Source: Octopus sinensis (lineage: Eukaryota). Taken from it: 64,000 nucleotides of DNA. The notes below the pieces were generated by a model, which had not been told where the DNA came from, made no database searches, and was given only the letters and a program-made list of their open reading frames with translations. The stretch spans positions 23,126,001-23,190,000 of the forward strand of contig NC_043013.1 of the NCBI RefSeq assembly GCF_006345805.1, given 5' to 3'. Positions within the stretch are counted from its first letter, which is position 1; every line of letters begins with the position of its first letter. The position numbers were made by a program, and so were the translations under genes. This document shows positions 51,819 to 64,000 of this stretch, one piece after another.

Positions 51819-52033
51819 GGCGGCGAGCTGGCAGAAACGTTAGCACGCCGGGCGAAATGCGTAGCCGTATTTCGTCTGTCGTTATGTTCCGAGTTCAAAT
51901 TCCGCCGAGGTCAACTTTGCCTTTCATCCTTTCGGGGTCGATAAATTAAGTACCAGTTTCGTACTGGGGTCGATGTAATCGACTTAATCCCTTTGTCTGT
52001 CCTTGTTTGGCCCCTTGTGGGTAGTAAAGAGAT
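51819..52033 (+). mobile_element. Family-C tRNA SINE
   Basis: Near-identical to 25187-25416. Confidence 0.88.
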
Positions 52034-52062
52034 ACATATATATGTGTGTGCATGTGCATATA

Positions 52063-53030
52063 CAGGATGTCCCCCCGGAATGTCCACACACGTTAAATAA
52101 GTATAAAGTCAGTGTTTATTAAATTCATTTCATTTTCAAAATTTTCAAGAATCTACTGACAGAATTTAATTTTTTTATGAGCCTCTATTTTCAAACTGAT
52201 GACCTTCTTGATCCAGGCATGGCTGATAACTTGTTGCTGGAAATAAAACTCTATGCTTTCAAAGTCGTCTTGAATGCTTGTCATGACAGATTGTTACAGA
52301 AAGTTCAAGTAAATAGGATCAGTACCAGTACTGTCACAAAAGAATGGTCCAATTAATCCTTTTCATGTTAAACCTCACCCCTCACCATACTGTAAGTCCT
52401 GGTAGATATTATATGATGTTCCTCCACGATATACAGATTCTCAGGTCCCTAATAGGTGCATCTGCGATGGTTAATCAAGCCATTTAATTTAAATGTAGTC
52501 TCATCACTCCAATCTTTGTTGGAAAGTGTGCATTCTCTACACATTTTACCACCTACCACTCACAAAACTCCATTCTTCAGTTTGGATCTTCTTCAATGGA
52601 AGCATGGACTATTCTTGGAATGTAACTTTTCCAATGGCAGCACTTCAAAATACTATTGATGCTTGATTTTAAAATGCCTATCTAACAACTTGCTTGCTGC
52701 TCATATTTTCTTGAATTCTGCCAATACATTTCTAATCCCTGCCTTTTTTGCTTTGTGGGGCTCTTCAGTGTCCATGGTTTTCAGGAACCTTTCTTGTGGG
52801 CATTCTGGACAGTTCCGTCTGCTCCAAACTTACCTCTAATCCAAGGGATGGTAAGCCACATCGGCAGATCTGCTTGAAATTCCCTCTTAATCTGACTTTG
52901 CACTTTGTCTTTTCAAACTTGCTGTTGCTACTTCAAGGTAAATTTTACACTGGCTCCTTTCATTATTTTTAATGGGTTAAATAAAAAAAAAAAGCCTGAA
53001 AACTGAGTTAGCTGTTACATTGTACATACA
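52063..53030 (-). mobile_element. Decayed Tc1/mariner of DD37D/maT type, internally deleted
   Basis: TA|caggatgtcccc terminus. Minus frames give KFGADGTV, WSDETTFKLNGLIN, GPFFCDST and FYFQQ, then jump to the C-terminus. The second TIR was not found. Confidence 0.7.
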
Positions 53031-53343
53031 TTTTTAGGGTTTGCCTTGTTGGGCCTCATAGAGGCAAGGTAGCTGATGCCTGTAGCACTTGAAAAGCACC
53101 TTTCAGGTGTTAGGCCTCATAGAGGCAATGATAAATGACCGAGACCTTTGACATTATGTCATGTCTGAGAAGAAGATCCATCAAGCCAAGTAAAGTCGTA
53201 TTCCTATCAGATACTGGAGGGGCATCCAGCCATAGAAACCATTCCAAATCCGATTGGAGTCTGGTGCAGCCTTCCAACTGGCCAGCCCTGGTCAAACTTC
53301 AACCCATGTCAGCATGGACAACGGATGCTAAATGGTGATAATG

Positions 53344-53383
<40 letters not shown>

Positions 53384-53952
53384 TGTGTGTGTGTGTATGT
53401 CTATGTATACGTGTATGTATGTTTGCAGTGTCAGTCAGTACACCTGTGTATACATGTGTGTGTACTTATGCAGATAGATGCATAGATTTTGCTTTGTATA
53501 ATTAATGGTCTGAGTGTATATGTATGCTCAAATATTTCCTCAAGTGTCACAGGCTACCTGTGTGTGCGCATGCATATACACATATATGCATGGATGTATT
53601 TGTGTCTATATGTAAGTTTATGTTATATATTTATATATGCGTATGAATACATTCTTCCATCGCAGACGGTCCATATACTCATTGTTATCTGAGAGCTTTC
53701 TAGGAATTCCTGCATCAGCGATGTTGCTCAAAACTTGCCCAAGGTCGGCTACTGTCACCCAATATACAGCTTAGTGATTGACATGCATATATGTGTATAT
53801 GCATGCGCACACACACAGGTAGCCTGTGACACTTGAGGAAATATTTGAGCATACATATACACTTAGACCATTAATTATACAAAGCATTGACATGAGGTTG
53901 GCTTGGATTACTGAAGATGATTTGTGCTGGAGTTTTTTGAAATCTGGTAAAT

Positions 53953-54178
53953 CCTTTAGCATTTAAGCCTGCCATATCAGGTCCAAATATTCTACTTGTT
54001 TTGGTGTCAAACTGGCCAGATCCACCCTCTCTCACCTACCCTATAATTTCCCCGTAGAATTATTATTACATCCCTGAAATCTCTAAGTTATGAGATAATA
54101 CGTGATTGATTCAAAACAATGTGAATAAATAAGCGTTAGATTTGACAGAGTAAACAGAATGGTAATGGGTTTAAGATT
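53953..54178 (+). mobile_element. piggyBac-like MITE (decayed)
   Basis: cctttagcattt start and gggtttaa-like end; homologous to 18085-18225. Confidence 0.55.
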
Positions 54179-54998
54179 AATGAAATTAGAATAATGAATA
54201 AAAGGTTGAACAGATTTTGTTTTTGTCATTGTTGTATATATTGTCTAGAATGTAGTTAAGCAGTTTTGCATCTACTGCACTAAAAGGGTGTGTATGTATA
54301 TTTACAATAATGTGGAAATTTATAGTATTATACAAAACTTGCAATGCATTTTTCCAAAATGTTACATTTCTGCAACAAGATGTCACTGATATAAATGTCT
54401 GTTCTCAAAGAAATTAGTGCCATCCGAGAGTTGATGACATTTAAGTTGACAATAACAAAGTTGATGACTCTACTTGTGATTGACGAGGATGGATTGAGAC
54501 TCATGATAATGAATTTGAGATTGATATTGTTGAGGTTGATAATGTTTAATTTTAGGGGAAAACTCTGTGCATATATATGTAAATATATGTGTGTGTGTGT
54601 GTATGTGTATATATATATATATACACACACATATATATATACATATATATATATATACACACATACATATATATATATATACACACATATATATACATAT
54701 ATATCATCATCATCATCATCATCATCATTTAGCGTCCGTTTTCCATGCTAGCATGGGTTGGACGGTTCAACTGGGGTCTGGGGAGCCCGAAGGCTGCACC
54801 AGGCCAGTCAGATCTGGCAGTGTTTCTACAGCTGGATGCCCTTCCTAACGCCAACCACTCCGAGAGTGTAGTGGGTGATTTTATGTGCCACCGACACAGG
54901 TGCCAGACGAGGCTGGCGAACGGCATATATATATATATACACACATACATATATATATATATACACACACATATATATATATATATATACATGCGCAC

Positions 54999-55042
<44 letters not shown>

Positions 55043-55087
55043 GCGCACATATACATATATATACACACACATACATATATATATATA

Positions 55088-55432
55088 CTCTTTTACTCTT
55101 TTACTTGTTTCAGTCATTTGACTGCGGCCATGCTGGAGCACCACCTTTTAGTACTTATTCTATCGGTCTCTTTTTGCCGAACCGCTAAGTGACGGGGACG
55201 TAAACACACCAGCATCGGTTGTCAAGCAATGCTAGGGGACAAACACACATATACATATATATACATATATACGACAGGCTTCTTTCAGTTTCCGTCTACC
55301 AAATCCACTCACAAGGCATTGGTCGGCCCGGGGCTATAGCAGAAGACACTTGCCCAAGATGCCACGCAGTGGGACTGAACCCGCAACCGTGTGGTTGGTT
55401 AGCAAGCTACTTACCACACAGCCACTCCTCCG
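55088..55432 (-). mobile_element. Family-D tRNA SINE
   Basis: Highly similar to 47513-47906. Confidence 0.85.
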
Positions 55433-55448
55433 CCTATATATACATATA

Positions 55449-56276
55449 TCTTACATATTAAAACTGAAAATGTGTGTGTGTATCGGTGTGTCATTGTTTT
55501 TCGCCAAAACGGCTCAACTGATTTTTCTTAAACTTCACATGCACATAGCTTGTGTCTGGGGAGGTTTTAAGTATAAATTGATTTCGAAAAAATGTTTGGG
55601 TAAACGGCGAGAGGAATAATATTTGGGCATGAGTGAACGGTGGGAGTAATTATTTTTAAGCTTCCAAGAGAAATAACCCATCCGTTTTCAGTATGCTTAT
55701 TTCTTAGTATCTGAACTATTTTAGTTATTCTCTCAATTTATCCAGTACAAGGCTTAAACCAGTAAATAGTATTCTCCTAAACAATAGATCCACTTATTTC
55801 GGTTAGTGACTTATTCACGAATATACCAACACAAGCGCTGCTGAGAGTAATATTCTCTGGGAACACACAAAAGCTTTTTTCACAGTTATTTACTTTTAAT
55901 TGTTATTATCTCATATCTGATTAGCCTGTTATTATGTAATGTTTCACAATTTTAATATACATACTTTATTGGTATTTCCTCCCAAGACCTATATACTTTG
56001 GGAACATATTAAAGTGCTTTTCGGGGCTACTTTATTTGAATTCTTACTATCAGGTTATTACATAAGTGACTTCACAATTTAGGTATTCATAACTTAGTGG
56101 GAATTCCTAAAGACATGATCCTTTGTAAGAGAGTTCGGTATTCTCTGTAAATGCACAGAAACCGCTTTAAGGGCTACATACTTTGTATTGTTGTTATTGT
56201 ATTAGCAAGACAATTATGAGAACGGAACCAAGGGATAAGCCCCACCTTCCCAGGTATTGCCGGGTATATCAGCTAC
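55449..56276 (+). mobile_element. Non-autonomous Helitron-like element
   Basis: TCttacatattaaaactg start and 3' cccaggtattgccggg hairpin followed by tatatcagctac (CTAG-like). Confidence 0.6.
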
Positions 56277-56704
56277 TATATATATACATATATATGCTTA
56301 TTATAGCCTCAGGCCAACCAAAACCTTGTGAGTGAATTTCGTACTTAGAAACTGAAAGAAGACTGTTGTATATATGTGTATGTGTGTCTTGTGTTTGTAC
56401 CCCGACCATTGCTTGACAACTGATGTTGCTGTGTTTACATTCCCGTACCTTAGCAGTTTGGTAAAAGACACTGACAGAATGAGTACTAGGCTTACAACGA
56501 ATAAATCCTGTGGTTGATTTCTTCAACCAGCAGCGGTGCTCCAGCATGGTTGCAGTCACATGACTGAAACAAGTAAAACTATAAAAATCTATGCCATTTT
56601 AATCCCGAGCATGGCTGGGTATCTCTGCTAGTATATATATATATATATATAAATCCTTAAAAATGTTTCAGCCCGAAGGCTGTGGCCATACCGTTGAATG
56701 AGCT

Positions 56705-57812
56705 ACACTAGTATGTGAAACCACCTCTCATATGTGGTACTTGATCAAGGGAGTTCAATGCCACTGCCCGCATCTGTGTTTCCTGCCGAGAGGTAGGTTC
56801 ATCTGGGACCCCTGACAAGAAGAGATCCAGTTTAGTTTTAAAGAAACCCACATCCACACCATGCAGGTCTCTCAGGCATTTAGGAAGGATATTGAAGAGC
56901 TGTGGTCCTCTGAAACCCAAGCTGTTGCAGTATCTGGTCCTGTATTTTGATGGTGATGTTGGGATCTTCGCCACCATGCAGTGGCGCCCCGTTCTGCTGT
57001 TGGGGTAACTTTGAATGCCAAAGTTTGGGACAAGACCCTCCAGGATTTTCCAGATGTATATCACTGCATATCTCACACCTTCGCTCCAGGGAGGAGTTTT
57101 AATACTTTTAGTCTTTCCCAGTAGCTTATATGTTGCATTGAGATGATCTTAGTGTAGCTTCGTTGAATTGCTTCGAGTTCTGCTGTTAACTTTATATTGT
57201 GTGGTAACCATAGTTGGGAGCAGTAGTCCAGGTGGCTGAGGACAAATGTCTTCCAAAGGACCACCAGTGTCTCCTTCTCTCTTGTTCTGGAAGTTCGGAG
57301 AATCCATCCAGCTAGCCGTCTGCATTTTATTACCAAATTAGTAATATGCACTTGGAAAGATGCATCATTGCTCATGTCAATGCCCAGGTCATGCACTGAT
57401 TTTGACTCAGGAATTACAATTCTTCCCAGGCCAGTGTATCCGGTCTGCATGTCGTTTACCTTTGTGTGCTGGTAGCGCAGGGCCTGGAACTTATCTGCAT
57501 TAAACTGCATATTGTCCTCAGCCCGCCTGTATATTGTATCCACTCCTGTTGCAGATGTGCAATATTTCCAGGGTTTTGTATTGTGTGGGAGACTTTTGTG
57601 TCATCAGCATAGCTAGCAAGGGTGGCCATCTTAGCAACTGAGGGCATGTCTGAAAGGGCCACTATGAACAGCAGTGCCCAGAGGAACACTGCTTGTTATT
57701 TGTGTTTCCTTGGAGGTGGCTCCATTGGCCACAACTGCCTACCTTCTATCTTTTAGGAAGTTGTGCAGCCACTCAAGTTTTCCGCCTATGCCGAGACCAC
57801 ACAGTTTGTGAC
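56705..57812 (-). mobile_element. CR1/L2-superfamily LINE, 3' portion (RT domain and C-terminus)
   Basis: EWLHNFLKDR, LASYADDTKV (YADD), MQFNADKFQ, LDYCSQLW, YWERLKVLKL and LDLFLSGVPDEP. Confidence 0.9.
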
Positions 57813-60219
57813 AGATATATATATATATACACATACATATATATGCATATCAACTGCTATTTCCAGTAAATATTAGTGCATTGTTGTACCACCATTCTAT
57901 ATTTATATTTACATGCGTATATATATATATATATATATATATCATTTAGCATCTGTTGTCCATGCTTGTATGGGTTGGATAGATTGACTGGACAGCAAAC
58001 TAGAAGACTGTGCCAAGCTCTGCTCTCTGCTTTGACATAGTGTCTGTTTGGGTACCCTTCCTAATACCAACCACTTTACAGAGTGTACTGGGTGCTTTCT
58101 CCATGATACCATCACTAGCAAAGTCACCAAGTAACTTGCCAGACACAACCTTTCAAGTGAATGTGGCATGGTACTGAGGAAGGTTTGCTTTCTGCCAGGT
58201 GATGCTACACTATACGCCCATGCACCATTGCTCACCCCGCCTCATTCTTTTCCCACCATTCACTACATCTTTCCCTCAACCCTGTCCACTTTCATAGTTG
58301 CCACTTACTCTTCCCTATCTCTCCTACGTCCATTGAAGATTTATTCTTCACTTGTCATATTCACCCCATCACCCATTCCCCTTCTCCTATTCTCCCATAT
58401 GCCACCCACAATCCTAGTTCTGTCCCCATTCACTTCTTCTCACTTTACACTTTGAGGTCTCACACAAATGCCACTTCACCGCTTCACCTTCTCTTCTAAA
58501 ACGTGAGCAGCTGAGCAGCCTCCCTCCAGCAGAAATCTGTTCTGCTCTGGCTTCTTCGCTCATCTCTGAGCAGAAAGCAACCGCCTGCTCTGGTGTAGTT
58601 TCACTTAGTTGAATAGAACCTTATCTTGCGAGCTGCACAACATCCTTGCTTGTTTTGGTGACATGAAAAAGAAAGTGCCCAGTACACACTATTGGCATTC
58701 GGGAAGGTAACAAAGAAACCCATGCCAAACATTGGAGCATGATGCAGTCTTTGGGCCTGTCAGATTCTGTTGAGCCATCCAACCCGTAACAACATGAAAC
58801 ATGGACATTAAAGGATGATGATGGTGATGATAAGTGGACACGATTTCATCAAACATTGGAAATGAACAACACTACTTGTATGTCAGTGACATCATCATCA
58901 TTGTCATTGTTTTAGCGTCCTTTTCCATGCTTGCATGGGTCAGACAGAATCTGTTGAAGCAGATTTTTGTGTGACTGGATGCCCTTTCCAAGCAGGGTAA
59001 TATTACCACATGACTGAACATGTTTCCATGTGCAACTGGATACGAATGACATCACTTGCAAGATGGTGATACTCTACGACTATCACACAATGTCAAGACC
59101 AACAGATATAAATACACACACACACACACATATACACACATATGATGGGCTTCTTTCAGTTTCCATCTACCAAATCCACTTACATGGCTTTGGTGTTCCT
59201 GAAGCTATAGCAGAAGACGTGTGTGTGTGTGCGCATGCATGTGCATGCGCAAGTGTCTATACCAATGTTTACATATTGTGCACTTCATATGAAAAAGAGC
59301 TGAGCTATAAATAGTGAAGTTTGTTGTTATGCCCATCAAGGAATTGTCTGCTGACTCTGTGCTTTTGAAGACACGGAATTAGAGATCCTTTACTTGAACA
59401 CAGTAAAGGGTTAGTGACCAGATGGACATCCACATCCTATTAAACTCTTTATTCGTCCCTGATTTCTTTTGCACTAAGCATCGTCTGCATGCAACCTAAA
59501 CACTTTGCACTGACTTCTGGGTAGGGAGACCTTGGAAAACCTTCTCCAGTTGGTGTTGTGCTAGCATTATTGCACAGACAAGCATGGAACCATCCCCAGA
59601 CAAGCATGAACAACATGCAAGTAGGGCCTTGAAGGTCACTACAAATGCAATGCTTCACCACCACTGAGAATCTTGCTGAATGTACTTCTTCAGCATAGCA
59701 AAGGTTGCGTCTGAAAGACAGGATCTTCCTCTTCAGAGCCCGTGCCCACCTCTGATACTTCCATCTCCCAACAACTACTACTTTTTACAAAGCTGAGTTA
59801 AGGTGAGACTCACAATTAAATACTGTTCTCAAAGAGCAGCACTACTGAAACATTGGTTATGACTTTTTGAAGTGGTGGTGGTGCACACCTTGGCATTGTA
59901 GATAACAAAGAAATGCTAGTCAACTGTGACTTGCTAGTGTTCACCAACAGATTCCAACTTGGAGCACACAAAGTCTCTCTTCTCTCTGTTTTTTATACCA
60001 TTACAACAATAGTTTTTGTGTTGTGGTCAGCTGGTCTTATAACCATCTTCACCCAGTTACTCACTCACTCATCTCTTCACCCCATCCATATTACCACCCT
60101 GTCTCACTGTGACTAGTCCTTCGCCCCCAGAACATCAATTCTCTAGAATTCTTCACCATCATGCAGCCCTCTTGTAGCCCATTGGCTTTGAGAAGAACAT
60201 GATTTGTGTTGATCTAACT

Positions 60220-60442
60220 CAGTGGTTCACAGCCAGGGCCCATGTGACCCCTGAGGGACCATATAAGATTTAGTGGTTAAAAATCGGGTGCAGTAAACTG
60301 GTTTACACAAAATACCAACAATGTTTTCATACAGTTCCTAATCATATTTAATTACAAAAATGTGATGGGTTTTTTTTTTCAAACATTGAATGGAATCAAA
60401 GGGGTGCATAGGTAAAAAAAAAGAAATGGTTGAAAACCACTG
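60220..60442. mobile_element. hAT/Charlie-like MITE
   Basis: cagtggttc ... aaaaccactg TIR; the 8-bp flanks atctaact and atccaatt match at 6/8. Confidence 0.7.
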
Positions 60443-60583
60443 ATCCAATTCGTCATGCAGGGACTGCAAGCATTGCCGGCACAGCTCCTTCTCGAAGAAA
60501 ACTTAAAGACATTTGCCGTCTCATCTCTCTCGCCTCTTCTCCATTTGACAATACCCGATCAGTCCCAACACTGATTTCCTTCT

Positions 60584-60624
<41 letters not shown>

Positions 60625-60949
60625 TCACTCTTCTCCCTCCTCTCCATCACCCTATCTCTTCCTAATCCTCGCCCTCAATACGCCACCGTACTTTCGCTAT
60701 CCAACGCCTCTCCAACAGCCTCACCCATTCATTCGTACTCTTCTTCTTTCACACTCATGTCGTCTCTGACTCACTTTCACTCTCTCTCTCTCTCCTCTCA
60801 CTCTCCCGTACATATGTACTTTTCACTCTCCCTCTCTGCTGCTCTTATCTTTTCACTCTCCCTTCTACATCTACACTTCCTCTTCCCCCCTCTCCTGCAT
60901 CAAATCTGCTGCACATGCCCTTCCCTCCACTTCAGCAGCCATTATCTAG

Positions 60950-61920
60950 TTCCTACCCCGTCGCTCGCAAATGTAGTTTCGTTGGTTTTAAGCTTTGCGG
61001 GGCAGCGGCGGCGGCGGCGGCGGCGACCTGGCAGAGCATGTGCTCAACTGAGACTAGCAGTCACCGTTAAGAAGCTCTCTCTCTCTCTCTCTCTCCCCCT
61101 CTCTCTCTTTCTCTACTTCTCTCTCTCCTCCACTCCTTCACATTTCGTTCAGAACCACACACGCAGACACGCACTCACATAGGAACTTATCGATTACCAG
61201 TAAAGTTCCGTATACCTACTTACTAGCTCTTACTCTCTCTCTCTTCCTCACGCACACACACACACACAAACACCTCTTCCCTTTCACATACACACACTCT
61301 CACACACGCACGCAGTTTATTGATTAATATTAAAGTACCATTGCACGCACTAAAAAAAAAAAAACAACAAAAAAAGCTGCACACACTTATTGTTTGCCAC
61401 TGAAATACTAAACTCATTAACTACACACATGCTTACTCTGATACACTTATTGATTGCCACTAAAATACACAGAAAAAAAGGGTCACGAAGTGGTGCATTC
61501 GTCCACACACACACAGACACACACGCGTTTATTTTTCTTGTTCACCACACTCGAGATACCTGAATACGTTTGTTAATTTTTTACACAAGTGCTATAAACG
61601 AAAACAATGTCGGAAAACGTGTGGGCCTACAACGTCAGAATCAAAATAACGGTTATTTTGCAGCGGAGAAAAGATTTTAACGTTTCATATTTATTGCAGC
61701 GAACAACAACAATCTCAATGTTTAGAAGTTGCTGTCTTGGTAACTGTGTGGTTAAATTCTTTATAATTTTTAGATTCGATGTACAAAAAAAATAATTACA
61801 TAACGCGAAATTCTGTTTGTATTATTATACTTAGGCCCAGTCGTCCCGATTTTCTCCAGTGGCACCATTCCGTCGTTTCTACTTTCACAATATCTGATGG
61901 CCGGCGAAAAAAAAATCATT
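60950..61920. promoter_or_regulatory. GC/CpG-rich promoter or 5' UTR-like region of an unidentified gene
   Basis: (GCG)7 at 61005-61025, an ACTACA-type motif near 60970-60979 (minus strand), abundant CpG and flanking (CT)n tracts. Orientation is unresolved. Confidence 0.45.
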
Positions 61921-62780
61921 TGCGTGTGTGACACATACACACACACACACACTTTTCCCCTCTCTTTCACACATACGAAGAAGATTTCTTTTGTTAATAT
62001 TTTGGTTTCCAATTAAGATACAAGTTCAATGCGCTGAATTTAAATGATTCAGTTTGAATTGTCTGGGGAGGTTGAGTGTATCGGGTCGTTTAGAAATCGT
62101 TGTTATTGTTGTTTTGCAAGTGAAAATATAAAAATTGTATCCCAAAGAGAAGATAGAAAAGAACTCAATGATTGCTATTAACAACACATTTTCACATTTT
62201 CAACCAAAGAACCACCCTCAAGGAGGAAAAAATATTCATCTTTGCTGTGCAGCAACGAAAGTGAAAGTAGAGAAAAAAAATCTCATGGATTTCTCCATCA
62301 CTCTACCCTTCAGTGTATTCTTCATTTAACATAGTTGTGTGTGGTTTGAGGGAGATTCGACTGTTGTTTCTTGTAGGTTGAGCACATGCTTAGAAAGGTT
62401 TCATGAGTGGTTTAGCTCCAGATCATCTCTGATTGGACACACTTATAATCAAAAACGTCCCAGCTGTGACCATTCCATCTTTTATTGATCTTGTGTGTTT
62501 TAAGATTTCATTTTCTAATGTATTTTTCCATTTTTTAATTATCTTTAAGTCAATAGGTAGGGTGTGATTTGAGAGAGATTTGGTTGCTATTTTTTGCAGG
62601 ATGAATTATTGAATAGAACCGCCATTGGTTTGTTGAAATTCAGTTATTGTTTCCAGAACCTATTGAAAATGAGGAAACTTTTTTGAGTTTAGTGCTTCAC
62701 TTTAACTTTTGTCGTTCAGTGAAAAGTGAAAGGGAAACACTTCAGCCAGCAATTGCCAAAATATCCATTTTGCACTCAGT

Positions 62781-63124
62781 GAAGGCACATGGCTCAGTGG
62801 TTAGAGTATCAGGCTCACAGCCATGAGGTAGTGAGTTTGATTCCTGGGCCGGGCTGTGTGTTGTGTTCTTGAGCAAGATACTTTATTTTCACGTTGCTCC
62901 AGTCCTGCCAGCTGTAGAAATGAGTTGCAACATTGCTGGTGCCAAGTTGTATGAGCCTTTGGCTCTCCCTTGGACGACATCGGTGATGTGGAGAGTGAGA
63001 GGAGGCTGGTATGCATGGGCACCTGCTGGTCTTCCATGAAACAATCTTACCTGGACATGTGCCTCGGAGGGGAACTTTCTAGGTGCAATCTCATGGTCAT
63101 TCATGACTGAAGGAGGTCTTTACC
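62781..63124 (+). mobile_element. tRNA-derived SINE (family F)
   Basis: tggctcagtgg A box, gagtttgattcc B box and gtgttcttgagcaagatac. Its 3' body matches 2995-3150 in reverse orientation. Confidence 0.8.
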
Positions 63125-63807
63125 ATATATTTATATATAAAACCACACACACAAATAATCACATACATGTATACACTTACCAGTTTCACTCCCAAGGTGT
63201 GAGTCAAGCTGCAGATGTAATAGATGAAACCAGCCAACAGCATCCACAAAGTATTGATTCTTGAGCCAATGTGGCCCTTGAAGTGAAATTCTTAATGATA
63301 TGGCTAAGCCCCCACCTGCACACACACACACATGCTCTCTCTCTCTCTCTCTCTCTCTCTCGTCATTGTTGCTTCATTTCTGCTTTCCCTGCTGGTATGG
63401 ATCGGATATGGGTTATTTCTTCTAGAAGGGCTGGAGGACCATATTGTTATTGAAGCAGCAAGTTTTGGCAGGGTTTCTATAGCTGGATGCCCTTTTGTAA
63501 CACTGTCCACTTCACAGAGTGTACACGGTACATTTTATCATGGTAGCAGAATTAGAAAGAAATGCCATGTCTTTGACAAGTCTGTCCTGTACAGGAATAT
63601 ATTCTTTACTGTCCTAAATATATCTAATGTACCACTTTTTTCCATTCTTTTTCTTTCGGCCACTCACTTTCTTTTAATCAGATAATAATATTATAGATAA
63701 TGAATAAAAAAAAAAAGTAAAGACCAAAATTGTGTCAGATCTCTCTCTCTCTCTCTCGTAAACCTGTTTGTAAGTATATGAACAAGTTTATTGTAGTTTC
63801 TTGTGTG

Positions 63808-63854
<47 letters not shown>

Positions 63855-64000
63855 TACTGTGTTCATAAGTGTTCCTGGTTACTAATGGATTATCTGTTTG
63901 TGGGAAAGTTAGACCAGTAGCAAGAAAAATGTGTGGAGTTTCCCAATTGCTCTTTCTCCCCAAATCCACTCTTTAAACCTCGTAAAAGTTTTGCCTCTAA

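Noticed and set aside
54380-54560. Acidic coding-like stretch
   Set aside because: Multiple stops in the acidic frame; possibly a decayed DNA transposon, but not assignable.
59449-59760. PHD-finger-like HCIC..WFHAC pattern
   Set aside because: Cys spacing is incomplete, and neighbouring frames (WNLLVNTSKSQ) look more like an old CR1/L2 RT C-terminal remnant.
60430-61182. 250-aa ORF, the longest plus-strand ORF
   Set aside because: Starts inside a hAT MITE end and consists largely of (CT)n-derived S/L repeats; no domain.
62824-62832. let-7-like TGAGGTAGT seed
   Set aside because: Lies in a SINE tRNA head, the remainder does not match let-7, and there is no precursor hairpin.

Overview
AT-rich, microsatellite- and retroposon-dense animal genomic DNA. 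The repeat content (tRNA-derived SINEs, RTE LINEs with (GAT)n tails, (AT)n/(AC)n/(AAT)n arrays) points to an octopus or other coleoid cephalopod; this is inference, not a database result. The only gene I can name confidently is INTS3 (Integrator subunit 3 / SOSS-A) on the minus strand: six coding exons (11750-11824, 6107-6190, 3872-3955, 2827-2940, 1204-1288, 262-328) splice in frame with GT-AG introns, and the gene continues off the left edge. The rest is mostly decayed mobile DNA: RTE, CR1-like and R4/Dong LINEs, a full-length dead mariner, a DD37D/maT-like remnant, Helitron and MITE derivatives, a possible Gypsy LTR and at least four SINE families. There are promoter-like regions at about 12.4, 33.7-34.8 and 61 kb, and several splice-site-bounded exon candidates from unidentified transcripts. 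I found no clear novel multi-gene system. The best leads are retro-template-switch chimeras, locally templated inverted duplications, a bidirectional promoter with overlapping exon candidates, and an unidentified minus-strand exon cluster at 39-40 kb. Most ORFs in the supplied track are low-complexity or repeat-derived artefacts.
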